Source: Vicinamibacteria bacterium
Lineage (GTDB): Bacteria > Acidobacteriota > Vicinamibacteria > Marinacidobacterales > Marinacidobacteraceae
Direction of reading: 5' to 3'
DNA: 64,000 bases
Assembly (NCBI GenBank): GCA_963668695.2
Contig: CAXXLQ010000004.1
Span: forward strand, 1,824,001 to 1,888,000
Part shown: positions 12,275-19,998 of the stretch, piece after piece
Layout: the number at the start of each line of letters is the position of its first letter
Numbering within the stretch: the stretch's first letter is position 1
Made by a program: the position numbers and the translations under genes
The notes under the pieces: generated by a model
What the model saw: the letters and a program-made list of their open reading frames with translations, nothing else
The model's database searches: none
Told to the model about the DNA's origin: nothing

Positions 12275-13618
12275 ATGTTGGAAACGGCTGTCGCGACCGC
12301 CGAGACGCACTATCGCGACGAGATTCCGGTCTGGATCGGCGACCGGTACTCCCTTCGGCGAAGGGAAGCGGTCGAGGAGTTCTTCAAGGCCGGTGGGTTC
12401 CCCACGGCGCGGCTTGAGGACTGGCGGTTTTCGGATCTGGACGCACTCGGGCGCATCGCCTACCGGCGCTATCCCGGGGCCCCGATCCTGATGACTCCCG
12501 AGCCCCACGAGCTGCCGAAGTGGACCGCGGAATTCGAGCACCGGGTTCTGCTCGCCGACGGAATATCGCTGAACCCTGAGGATGCCCGCTCCGGGGCCGC
12601 ATTGACCTTCGGGCGCCTCCCCACCGTCCCGCCCGACGACGAGGACGACGACTGGGGGTTTGTCGTGCCTCGGGCCGAGACGAACGGCGCCGGGGTGGAC
12701 CTCGACGCCGCTCTCCGTCATCCCCTCGAACTGCTGAACGCCGGGCTCTTCGACTGCGGGTTCCGGGTCCGGGTCGGGCGCGACGAGGACGCCGGTCCGA
12801 TCCTTCTCTATTCGCTGCGGCGCGACACCGGCCACCCGACCATGCTCCATCCACGCTCGGTCATCGATGTCGGTTCCGGTAGCCGGCTGACGGTCATCGA
12901 AGCCCACGACGGTGCGTCCTCCACTCCTGGCTGGACGAACCCGACCACCCTCTGCCGGCTCGGCGAGAACGCCCAACTGCGCTACGTCCGCGTCGAACTG
13001 GAGACCGGGAGCATCGCCCACACCGGCCGCGTGACGTTCCAGCTCGAGCGGAACGCCCGGGTCCACTCGACGGTGCTCTCCCTCACCGGCGGGAAGTCCC
13101 GGACCGATTCGACCGCCATCCTCAGCGCCGAAGGCACCGAGGTGGAACTCGACGGCCTCTTTCTGGGCGTGGAGCAGGCGAAGGCCGACCAGCACGCCCT
13201 CGTCATCCACGCCGCCCGGCACACCACGAGCCGCCAGCTTTTCAAGAACGTGCTCTCCGACGAGTCGAGCGCCGTGTTCGACGGCAAGGTGGTGGTGGCG
13301 CCGGGCGCGAACGGGACCGACGCGACCCAGGCGAACCGCAACCTGCTCCTTTCGAGGAAGGCCGTGGTCCACACCCGCCCCCGGCTCGAGATCAACGCCG
13401 ACGACGTGAAGTGCGCCCACGGGGTGGCCATCGGCAAGCTGGACGAGGACGCACTCTTCTACCTCCGCTCCCGGGGACTCGGCCGCATGGATTCCCGGGA
13501 GATGCTGGTCCGGGGCTTCGCCGGCGAAGTCGTCGAGAAGATTCCGGTAGAGGCGGTCCGCCGCCTCGCCGCCGCGGGGCTCCAGCGCCTCCGCGAATGC
13601 GCGAGTTTCGGCAGATGA
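12275..13618 (+). CDS. sufD: Fe-S cluster assembly protein SufD
   Basis: 'FPT..EDWRF', 'Q.NRNLLLS', 'PRLEINADDVKCAHG..IG.LDEDALFYLRSRG'. Confidence 0.95.
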   Translation: MLETAVATAETHYRDEIPVWIGDRYSLRRREAVEEFFKAGGFPTARLEDWRFSDLDALGRIAYRRYPGAPILMTPEPHELPKWTAEFEHRVLLADGISLNPEDARSGAALTFGRLPTVPPDDEDDDWGFVVPRAETNGAGVDLDAALRHPLELLNAGLFDCGFRVRVGRDEDAGPILLYSLRRDTGHPTMLHPRSVIDVGSGSRLTVIEAHDGASSTPGWTNPTTLCRLGENAQLRYVRVELETGSIAHTGRVTFQLERNARVHSTVLSLTGGKSRTDSTAILSAEGTEVELDGLFLGVEQAKADQHALVIHAARHTTSRQLFKNVLSDESSAVFDGKVVVAPGANGTDATQANRNLLLSRKAVVHTRPRLEINADDVKCAHGVAIGKLDEDALFYLRSRGLGRMDSREMLVRGFAGEVVEKIPVEAVRRLAAAGLQRLRECASFGR

Positions 13619-14850
13619 CCACTACCACCACCTACGACCTCGACAAGGTCCGCGCCGACTTCCCGATCCTCCGGGAGGAGGTCCGGGGCCAGCCGATCGC
13701 CTACCTCGACAACGCCGCGAGCTCCCAGAAGCCGCGGGCGGTGCTTGACGCGGTGAATCACGTCTACGAGACCGGCTACGCGAACATCCACCGGGGCGTC
13801 CACGTCCTCTCGGAGCGGGCTACCGAGCACTACGAGCGCTCCCGCCGGCGGATGGCGAGGTTCATCGGCGCGGGGTCCGCGGACGAGGTGGTCTTCGTCC
13901 GCGGCACCACCGAGGGTCTGAACCTGGTGGCTTCCTCGCTCGGCCGCTACGCGCTCCGCGAAGGGGACGAAGTGCTCCTGACGGAGATGGAGCACCATTC
14001 GAACATCGTGCCCTGGCAGATGGTCGCCGAGCTGACCGGCGCCCGCGTGGTCGCCGCGCCCGTCACCGATTCCGGCGAACTGGACATGGACGCTTTCGCC
14101 GCGCTCCTGAACGACCGCACCCGGATCGTCTCGGTGGTCCACATCTCGAACGCGCTCGGCACCGTGAACCCCGTGGAGGAGATCGCCCGGCTCGCCAAGG
14201 AACGCGGCGCCTACCTGGTGCTCGACGGCGCCCAGGCCGCTCCGCACCTGAAGATCGACGTGCGCAGCCTCGGGTGCGACTTCTATGCCCTCTCCGGCCA
14301 CAAGATGTACGGGCCCTCGGGGATCGGGCTGCTCTGGGGCAAGAAGCGCCTGCTGGAAGCCATCCCTCCCTATCAGGGCGGCGGCGAGATGATCCGGACG
14401 GTGAGCTTCGAGCGGACCACCTACGCGGAACCGCCGGCGAAGTTCGAGGCCGGAACCCCCAACATCGCGGGTCCGGTGGGGCTCGCCGCGGCGGCGGACT
14501 ACCTCGAGAACCTCGGGATCGCCGAGGTGGCGAGCCACGAGGGCAGGGTCCGGGAGTACGCCGAAGCGCGGCTTTCGGAGATCCCCGGCCTGCGGGTCAT
14601 CGGGACCGCGCGGGAGAAGGCGGCGGTGGTCTCCTTCGTGGTGGACGGCGTCCATCCGCACGATCTCGGCACCGTGCTTGACCAGGAAGGGGTCGCGGTG
14701 CGCACCGGACACCACTGCACCCAGCCGCTGATGGCGCGATTCGGGGTGCCCGCGACCGCGCGCGCCTCCTTCGGGCTCTACAACACCGAAGCGGAAGTGG
14801 ACCGGCTGGCCGCCGGGCTCCATACGGCGCTGGAGGTCTTCCGGCCGTGA
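13615..14850 (+). CDS. sufS: Cysteine desulfurase SufS
   Basis: 'YLDNAASSQKP', 'MEHHSNIVPWQ', 'SGHKMYGP', 'RTGHHC.QP'. Confidence 0.97.
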   Translation: MTTTTTYDLDKVRADFPILREEVRGQPIAYLDNAASSQKPRAVLDAVNHVYETGYANIHRGVHVLSERATEHYERSRRRMARFIGAGSADEVVFVRGTTEGLNLVASSLGRYALREGDEVLLTEMEHHSNIVPWQMVAELTGARVVAAPVTDSGELDMDAFAALLNDRTRIVSVVHISNALGTVNPVEEIARLAKERGAYLVLDGAQAAPHLKIDVRSLGCDFYALSGHKMYGPSGIGLLWGKKRLLEAIPPYQGGGEMIRTVSFERTTYAEPPAKFEAGTPNIAGPVGLAAAADYLENLGIAEVASHEGRVREYAEARLSEIPGLRVIGTAREKAAVVSFVVDGVHPHDLGTVLDQEGVAVRTGHHCTQPLMARFGVPATARASFGLYNTEAEVDRLAAGLHTALEVFRP

Positions 14851-15305
14851 GCGAGGCGGGCGATGCGCTGCGCGACCTCTACCGCGAGGTCATTCTCGAC
14901 CACAGCCGGCGGCCCCGGAATTACGGGGCGATGGACGCCGCCAACCGGCAGTCCGACGGCTTCAACCCCCTCTGCGGGGATCGTCTGCGGCTGTTCCTCA
15001 GGGTCGAGGACGGCGCGGTGAAGCAGGCGTCTTTCATCGGCGACGGCTGCGCGATCTCCACCGCCTCGGCGTCCCTCCTGACGGAGGCCCTTCGGGATCT
15101 TCCCGAAGAGGAAGCCCTGCAGCTCATGGAGAAGTTCCGGAGCATGGTCTCCGGGGAGTCCGAGCCCGACGACGAGTACCTCGGCAAGCTCACGGTGTTC
15201 GCCGGGGTGCGCGACTACCCGACGCGGATCAAGTGCGCGACGCTCGCCTGGCACACCCTGCGGGCGGCCATCGAGCAGAGCCAGGACACCGTCCGGACCG
15301 AATAA
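14847..15305 (+). CDS. sufU: SUF sulfur-transfer protein SufU
   Basis: 'LYREVILDH..PRNYG', 'NPLCGD', 'GCAISTASAS', 'RIKCATLAWH'. Confidence 0.95.
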   Translation: MSEAGDALRDLYREVILDHSRRPRNYGAMDAANRQSDGFNPLCGDRLRLFLRVEDGAVKQASFIGDGCAISTASASLLTEALRDLPEEEALQLMEKFRSMVSGESEPDDEYLGKLTVFAGVRDYPTRIKCATLAWHTLRAAIEQSQDTVRTE

Positions 15306-15330
15306 CGCCGCCAGCGGCGAGGGAAGCACC

Positions 15331-15657
15331 ATGACCGAAGAAGCCACGAACGGAGCGACGCTCCACGATCAGGTCCTGGATGTACTGAAGACCTGCTACG
15401 ACCCCGAGATCCCGGTGGACATCTACGAGCTCGGCCTCGTCTACAAGGTGGACGTGGACGACGCCGGCAAGGTCTGTGTGGACATGACGCTGACCTCGCC
15501 GGCTTGTCCGGTCGCCGGCAGCCTCCCTCCCGAGGTGGAGCAGAAGATCAGCCGCGTCGAAGGCGTCTCGAACGTCCGGGTGGACCTGGTCTGGGATCCC
15601 CCCTGGAACCCCGACCGCATGTCCGAAGCCGCCAAACTCAAACTCGGATTCCTCTAG
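15331..15657 (+). CDS. sufT: DUF59 / SufT Fe-S assembly protein
   Basis: 'YDPEIPVDIYELGLVY', 'MTLTSPACP', 'WDPPW..DRMSEAAKL.LG'. Confidence 0.9.
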   Translation: MTEEATNGATLHDQVLDVLKTCYDPEIPVDIYELGLVYKVDVDDAGKVCVDMTLTSPACPVAGSLPPEVEQKISRVEGVSNVRVDLVWDPPWNPDRMSEAAKLKLGFL

Positions 15658-15661
15658 GGTA

Positions 15662-16010
15662 GGGAACGCCGGTCTCCAGACCGGCATCGCGGCCGAAGGC
15701 CGCGAAACTCCCATCGCTAACCGCGAAGAAGCGCGCGGACGGCTTGGAGCGCCGACCTCCGGTCGGCACAGCGGCCCGTAGGGCTGCGGCGGTGAAGAAG
15801 CCCAACTCCCGGAACGGTTCCCATCTCGGCCCGTACCCCACTTGGCGCGATGGCCCGGCAGGCCAGGGAACGCCGGTGTTCAGACCGGCACGGCGGCCCG
15901 CAGGGCCGCGGCGGTGAAGAAGCCCAACTCCTGGAACGGTTCTCATCTCGGCGCCTACCCCAACGGACAGGTGGCGCCGCGCCCGGGAACGCCGGTGTTC
16001 ACACCGGCAC
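15662..16010 (+). repeat. Tandem cluster of four REP-like palindromes with partly repeated linkers (BIME-like)
   Basis: Hairpin units at about 15662, 15746, 15866 and 15985; linker 'GCGGCGGTGAAGAAGCCCAACTCC.GGAACGGTTC' occurs twice. Confidence 0.8.
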
Positions 16011-16154
16011 CGCCCCGCGCAGCGGGGCGAGACGGCGTACCTCCCCGTTCCGTGATGGGGCACGTCTCGGTCCGGACCCCGACCCATCCCTCGGCCCGGC
16101 AAACTGGGAACTTCAGGCAGTTTTTCCCATCGAACCCTTCAGACCCCCATCGCG

Positions 16155-16770
16155 TCAGTCCTCCTCGCCGCGGAGCCGCCGGATGTGCGCCCAGCGTTCT
16201 CTCAACCACTTCGATTGTCCCGGCAGCAGCTCGCACCGCCCCATGTCGTCCTCCTGCGCTTGGCTCCAGATCATCGAGTTGCCCATCCACCGCCAGCCGC
16301 CGCAGCGTTCGCACGTACGGCTGACACAGTTGTAGGGAAGGCTCATTGCCGTTCCGTGGCACCGGGGGCAATCCGGGCACACGGGTTCCGCGTCTTTAAC
16401 AGCCTGTGGTGAAACCCACGTGAGCGCCGAGACCGGCCAGTTCTCCCGGTGGGGGCGAGGCGCCCGGCTGACAAGGCGCGTGAGGGAGGAATACCGCGTG
16501 TATTTCGACCGAAACGCAACGATGAGCGGCGCGAAGCGGCGCGGTTCAGCCGGGATGGATCGCCGGTCGAACGCCGTGTGGGTTTTGCCACAGGCTGTTA
16601 AGGTCAACCCTTGGCAGGTCCACGGGGTCATGGGTGCCGCTCGGAAGGAGTGCGTACCAGCTTCGGCCCGGTCCCTCCGCGTCGAGCTTGACGAGCAACC
16701 CGGCCCCGGCGGCGCCAAGATCGGCGATCCCGGCCACCTTATCGAATCTGATGGGACGGATCCTGGTCAC
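16155..16770 (-). pseudogene. Cys-rich (putative Zn-binding) hypothetical protein, 137 aa when reconstructed, interrupted by a MITE
   Basis: RBS GAGGAG plus GTG at 16770; removing 16400-16597 and one TTAA gives 414 nt in frame: ...PVDLPRVDLKDAEPVCPDCPRCHG...CERCGGW... Confidence 0.7.
16400..16597 (+). mobile_element. MITE copy 1 (198 bp), TTAA target duplication
   Basis: TIR CAGCCTGTGG...CCACAGGCTG; TTAA at 16396-16399 and 16598-16601; homologous to the copies at 40157, 50852 and 63786. Confidence 0.9.
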
Positions 16771-16784
16771 TTCAAACTCCTCCG

Positions 16785-17132
16785 TCAGCAAGACCGACCG
16801 CTCCGCGGCGCGGCGCCGGCCGGAGCGCAGTCGGCCAGCAGCCCGTCGACGGCGGTAGTCGCCCTGTCGAGCGCCCAGCGGACGGCTTCCAGCCGCGCCG
16901 CCAGCAGCGCTGCTGCCCTCTGCCGCTCCGGAGTGGCGGTTCGTCGCTCGGCGACCTGAAGCGCCAGCCGGCGATCCCGGAGCAACTCTCCGAGATCGGC
17001 GAAGGCGGCGCCGCAGGCGACGAAGCTCACCGAGGTAGCGGAGACCGACTCGGCGAGCACGTCGTCCGGCGACTCGTGCGGCGGGCGGGGGAGGCCGGCG
17101 GCCGCGGCAGGAAGGGTGTGGTGTTGGGGCAT
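16785..17132 (-). CDS. Hypothetical helical protein (115 aa), first gene downstream of the SAM-I/IV riboswitch
   Basis: Strong RBS AAGGAGA before ATG; stop abuts the RBS of the next gene; no recognisable motif. Confidence 0.6.
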   Translation of the reverse strand: MPQHHTLPAAAAGLPRPPHESPDDVLAESVSATSVSFVACGAAFADLGELLRDRRLALQVAERRTATPERQRAAALLAARLEAVRWALDRATTAVDGLLADCAPAGAAPRSGRSC

Positions 17133-17177
17133 GGCGTTTCTCCTTGGATTGCATCCGAGGAGGGCGGAAGCCCCGTA

Positions 17178-17283
17178 GGTCCGCTTGGTTGCCTTGCGGC
17201 CACATCTCCGGTTTCGGACGCCACCTTGCCCGGACCGGGCAGGTTGGCGGGGTACGCGATTGCGTAGCCCCCTCTGGATGCTG
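17178..17283 (-). ncRNA. SAM-I/IV-class riboswitch aptamer
   Basis: Minus strand: P1 GCAUC/GAUGU, J1/2 CAGAG, P2 GGGG..CCCC with no kink-turn, P3 GCCAACC-UGCCC-GGUCC-GGGCA-AGGUGGC, P4 UCCG/CGGA, P5 GCC-GCAA-GGC, linker AACCAA, 3' tail GGACC pairing with the P3 loop (PK2). Confidence 0.85.
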
Positions 17284-17353
17284 ACCCGCAGCCTAGCCGG
17301 GATCGCGCTTCGACGCTACTGGTGGCTCGCTGTACGTGATGAACGAAAGTGGC

Positions 17354-17381
17354 GCTTTACATCATCATGATGAGGTAAAGC
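17354..17381. promoter_or_regulatory. 28-bp near-perfect palindrome (operator or terminator-like)
   Basis: GCTTTACATCATCA|TGATGAGGTAAAGC, 13/14 symmetric, between the vapC stop and the riboswitch. Confidence 0.45.
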
Positions 17382-17424
17382 GGCGGTTTCACTGATCAGT
17401 GAATGCCGTGTCCCACCGCAATCG

Positions 17425-17811
17425 CTACCAGAGCCGCCGGACGCCGTATCGGTCGAACACCGACTCGTTCGAGACGAGAACGAGATCGTGGATGAGCGCC
17501 TGGGCGATCAGCATTCTGTCGAACGGATCACGGAGCGGCCCCGATAGACCGCCCGCCCGACTCGCATCGCGAACCGTGATGCCTAGTTCGGCGAAGCCCT
17601 GTCCCGCAATCCCGGACCGAACATCCTGCGCGATCAGTTCGCCCCCCGACAGTTTGCCGAGGCGGTGTTTCGTCGTGATCTCCCAAGCCGAAGCGGCGCT
17701 AACAAGAATCTCGTTCGTTTCATTGGCTATGGCGCGGCGGGCTGGCGTGGACAGCCGTTCGCTGCCGCTCAACCACCACAGGAAAGTGTGCGTATCGAGG
17801 AGCAGCCGCAC
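17425..17811 (-). CDS. vapC: VapC-family PIN-domain toxin
   Basis: 'LLLDTHTFLWW', 'VSAASAWEI..K...GKL', 'RDPFDRMLIAQA'. Confidence 0.93.
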   Translation of the reverse strand: MRLLLDTHTFLWWLSGSERLSTPARRAIANETNEILVSAASAWEITTKHRLGKLSGGELIAQDVRSGIAGQGFAELGITVRDASRAGGLSGPLRDPFDRMLIAQALIHDLVLVSNESVFDRYGVRRLW

Positions 17812-17814
17812 CGG

Positions 17815-18045
17815 CTACCTCTCCCAGGCTTCCAGCTCGGTTTCCGGGAGCGGTTCGAAGAAGCTGTCGGGCACGACGAGCCGTCCCTCCATCGCACCGA
17901 ACTGCCGCTTTCCGCGCTCTTTGCACGGAACGAGCCGAGCCACGGGAGTGCCGTTGCGGGCGATGACCACCTCTTCTCCCGCTTCAACCTGAGCCAGCAG
18001 GCGGGAGAGATGCGTCTTGGCCTGATGGACATTCACCGTAGCCAT
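17815..18045 (-). CDS. Phd/YefM-family antitoxin
   Basis: 'VNVHQAKTHLSRLL..VEAGEEVVIARNGTPVARLVP'. Confidence 0.93.
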   Translation of the reverse strand: MATVNVHQAKTHLSRLLAQVEAGEEVVIARNGTPVARLVPCKERGKRQFGAMEGRLVVPDSFFEPLPETELEAWER

Positions 18046-18066
18046 AGGGAGCCTCCGTTCACGACT

Positions 18067-18104
18067 TTAGTCAATAGTATGACTAAGCATCACTTCCGTG
18101 TCAA
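18067..18104 (-). promoter_or_regulatory. Sigma70-type promoter with palindromic operator of the TA operon
   Basis: TTGACA(18104-18099)-N17-CATACT; TTAGTCA-N6-TGACTAA at 18067-18086 overlaps the -10. Confidence 0.7.
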
Positions 18105-18185
18105 ACCAGCTTCCTGTTCAACGCCGCAGGCGCCCCGCGCTGCCCTCCGGAGCCCTTTTCCGGGTGGCGCCAGCCTCTGGCTGGC

Positions 18186-18230
18186 GATGCCGGCCTGAAG
18201 GCCGGCGCCAGTTCTCCCGGTGGGGGCCCC
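18186..18230 (-). repeat. REP-like palindrome carrying a 19-bp micro-insertion
   Basis: GATGCCGGCCTGAAGGCCGGC-G[CCAGTTCTCCCGGTGGGGG]C-CCCTAG versus the uninterrupted copy GATGCCGGTCTGAAGACCGGC-GGT-CCCTAG at 9360-9389. Confidence 0.7.
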
Positions 18231-18997
18231 TAGTCCCCGTTCTCGCCGCGCTCGGCGGCCGTCCGGACCAACTCGTCGAAGATGCGTTGGTCCAGGCCGT
18301 TCCCCATTCGCTCCGGGTGCCACTGCACCGCCAGGCAGGGCCACCCGCCGCCGGCTGACGCCCCGTTGTATTCGACGCCCTCGATGATGCCGTCCGGGGC
18401 GTGCGCGACGGGCACGAGCCCCTCTCCCAACCGGTCCACCGCTTGGTGGTGGATGCTGTTCACGCCGCGCTCGGTGACCCCGAGGATCCGGCCGAGCCGG
18501 CTCTCCGCCTGAATCGTCACCGGATGACGGAACGCCACCGCCTCCGCCGGCACTCCCGGGACGGGCGGGTGGTTCGCACGGTCGCTGATGTCCTGATAGA
18601 GCGTCCCGCCGAGCGCGATGTTGAGCGCCTGCATGCCCCGGCAGATGCCGAAGAACGGCAGCCGCGCCTCCTTGGCCGCGAGCGTCAGCGCGACGTCCCA
18701 GGCATCCTCCTGCAGGTCGATCTCGCTGCTGACTCCCTCATCGCGGCCGCTGTAGGTGGAAGGCGAAAAGTCGCCGCCGCCGGTGAGCACCAGCGCGTCC
18801 ACCGAGGCGACCGCGTCGGCCGCGGCGTTCAGCGGCGCCGGGGGCAGGATGATCGGGATGCCGCCCGACTTGCGGACGCTCTCCACGTATTCCTCGGCAA
18901 GCGTGAAGAGCTGTTCCGGGTCCCCGACGATGGTGTGAACGCCGCGTTTCCAGGCGGTGAGCCCGATCCGGGGACGGCGGCGTTTGGGGCCGCTCAT
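18230..18997 (-). CDS. Gamma-glutamyl-gamma-aminobutyrate hydrolase family (PuuD-like, peptidase C26)
   Basis: 'LVLTGGGD', 'GICRGMQALN.ALGGTL.QD', 'VNSIHHQAV', 'AVQWHPE'. Confidence 0.9.
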   Translation of the reverse strand: MSGPKRRRPRIGLTAWKRGVHTIVGDPEQLFTLAEEYVESVRKSGGIPIILPPAPLNAAADAVASVDALVLTGGGDFSPSTYSGRDEGVSSEIDLQEDAWDVALTLAAKEARLPFFGICRGMQALNIALGGTLYQDISDRANHPPVPGVPAEAVAFRHPVTIQAESRLGRILGVTERGVNSIHHQAVDRLGEGLVPVAHAPDGIIEGVEYNGASAGGGWPCLAVQWHPERMGNGLDQRIFDELVRTAAERGENGD

Positions 18998-19725
18998 CGC
19001 GCCGCCGCCCGCGGGGCGCGAATCCCCCGGAACTCCCAGTCGCCGCCGAGCGCGGTCGAACGAACCTCTTCGGACTCGGTCGGCTGCGCGCCGTAGCCGG
19101 CGGGGATCGACATCTCGCCCGCGACCACCGGGTTCACCAGTCGCCCGAGCCCGTCCACCTCCACCGCCACCTCGTCGCCCGGCTCCACGGGCCGCGAACC
19201 CGCGGGGGTGCCGGTGAAGACCAAGTCGCCTGGGAGCAGGGTGTGGGTCCGGGACAGATCGGCCACGAGGTAGTGCGGGTCCCACGCCATCTCGTCGGTG
19301 TTGCCGGACTGGCGCACCTCGCCGTTCACCAGCGTGCGGATGTTCCGTCCCCGGAAGTCCCACCCGGAAACCACCTCGTCCACCACCGGACACATTGTGT
19401 CCGCCCCTTTCACGCGCAGCATGGAGCCGGCGTCGGTGTCCCGGAAGTCGTGAAGCCCGAAGTCGTTCCCGATCGTGTACCCGGCCACGAACCGTCCGGC
19501 ATCTTCCGGCTCGATTCCCCGGCACCGGGCTCCAATCACCGCCACGATTTCCCCCTCGAAGTTCAGGTAACGGCAGCCCTGCGGGCGGACCACCGGTTCA
19601 CCGCTCCGGATGAGGGCGGAGGGAGGCTTCAGGAAGTAGGTGGGCGCCTTCGGAAGCCGCGCCCCGAACTCCTCAACCCGGCTGCGGTAGTTGAGATGAA
19701 CACAAACGATCTTGCTCGGATCCAT
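18994..19725 (-). CDS. Fumarylacetoacetate hydrolase family protein (HpaG-like)
   Basis: 'KIVCVHLNY', 'FLKPPSAL', 'FEGEI', 'GNDFG', 'TLLPGDLVFTGTP'. Confidence 0.9.
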   Translation of the reverse strand: MDPSKIVCVHLNYRSRVEEFGARLPKAPTYFLKPPSALIRSGEPVVRPQGCRYLNFEGEIVAVIGARCRGIEPEDAGRFVAGYTIGNDFGLHDFRDTDAGSMLRVKGADTMCPVVDEVVSGWDFRGRNIRTLVNGEVRQSGNTDEMAWDPHYLVADLSRTHTLLPGDLVFTGTPAGSRPVEPGDEVAVEVDGLGRLVNPVVAGEMSIPAGYGAQPTESEEVRSTALGGDWEFRGIRAPRAAAR

Positions 19726-19753
19726 CGGAACGGGAGAGGTTACAGCAGGTGGT

Positions 19754-19825
19754 GAAAGCGCCCCGCACCGTTTCCGCGATGGTAAGTGCGCCACTCTTGG
19801 CGGTCTGTAGGTGCGGGGCGCTTTC
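19754..19825. repeat. 16-bp perfect inverted repeat in a divergent intergenic region (REP/REPIN-like)
   Basis: GAAAGCGCCCCGCACC (19754-19769) and GGTGCGGGGCGCTTTC (19810-19825); the second arm overlaps a GTAG. Confidence 0.55.
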
Positions 19826-19998
19826 CCCACATGAGATGGCGCGAATCGCTGCGCGACCCGCGCCATCGTTCTTCGTGGGGAGGGAAACCCCTCCCCACAC
19901 CCCTCCCCAGCGGCGCTCCGCGCCGCGCACGAACGGCTCCGGTGTCCTCCACGGTCTTCCTCGGATACCGGTCCGCTTCCCGGCATACCATCCGGGCA

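Noticed and set aside
15662-16010. Possible CRISPR array
   Set aside because: Units are degenerate, spacing is irregular (about 84-120 bp), linkers repeat each other and no cas genes are present; it fits a REP cluster.
16420-16959. ORFs overlapping MITEs (16420-16959, the 40218 N-terminal extension, 50733-51107, 63675-63941)
   Set aside because: Their shared peptides come from translating the repeat; there is no independent coding evidence.
17178-17283. Canonical SAM-I riboswitch
   Set aside because: P2 lacks the kink-turn and PK1, while P5 and the 3' pseudoknot are present, which fits SAM-I/IV.
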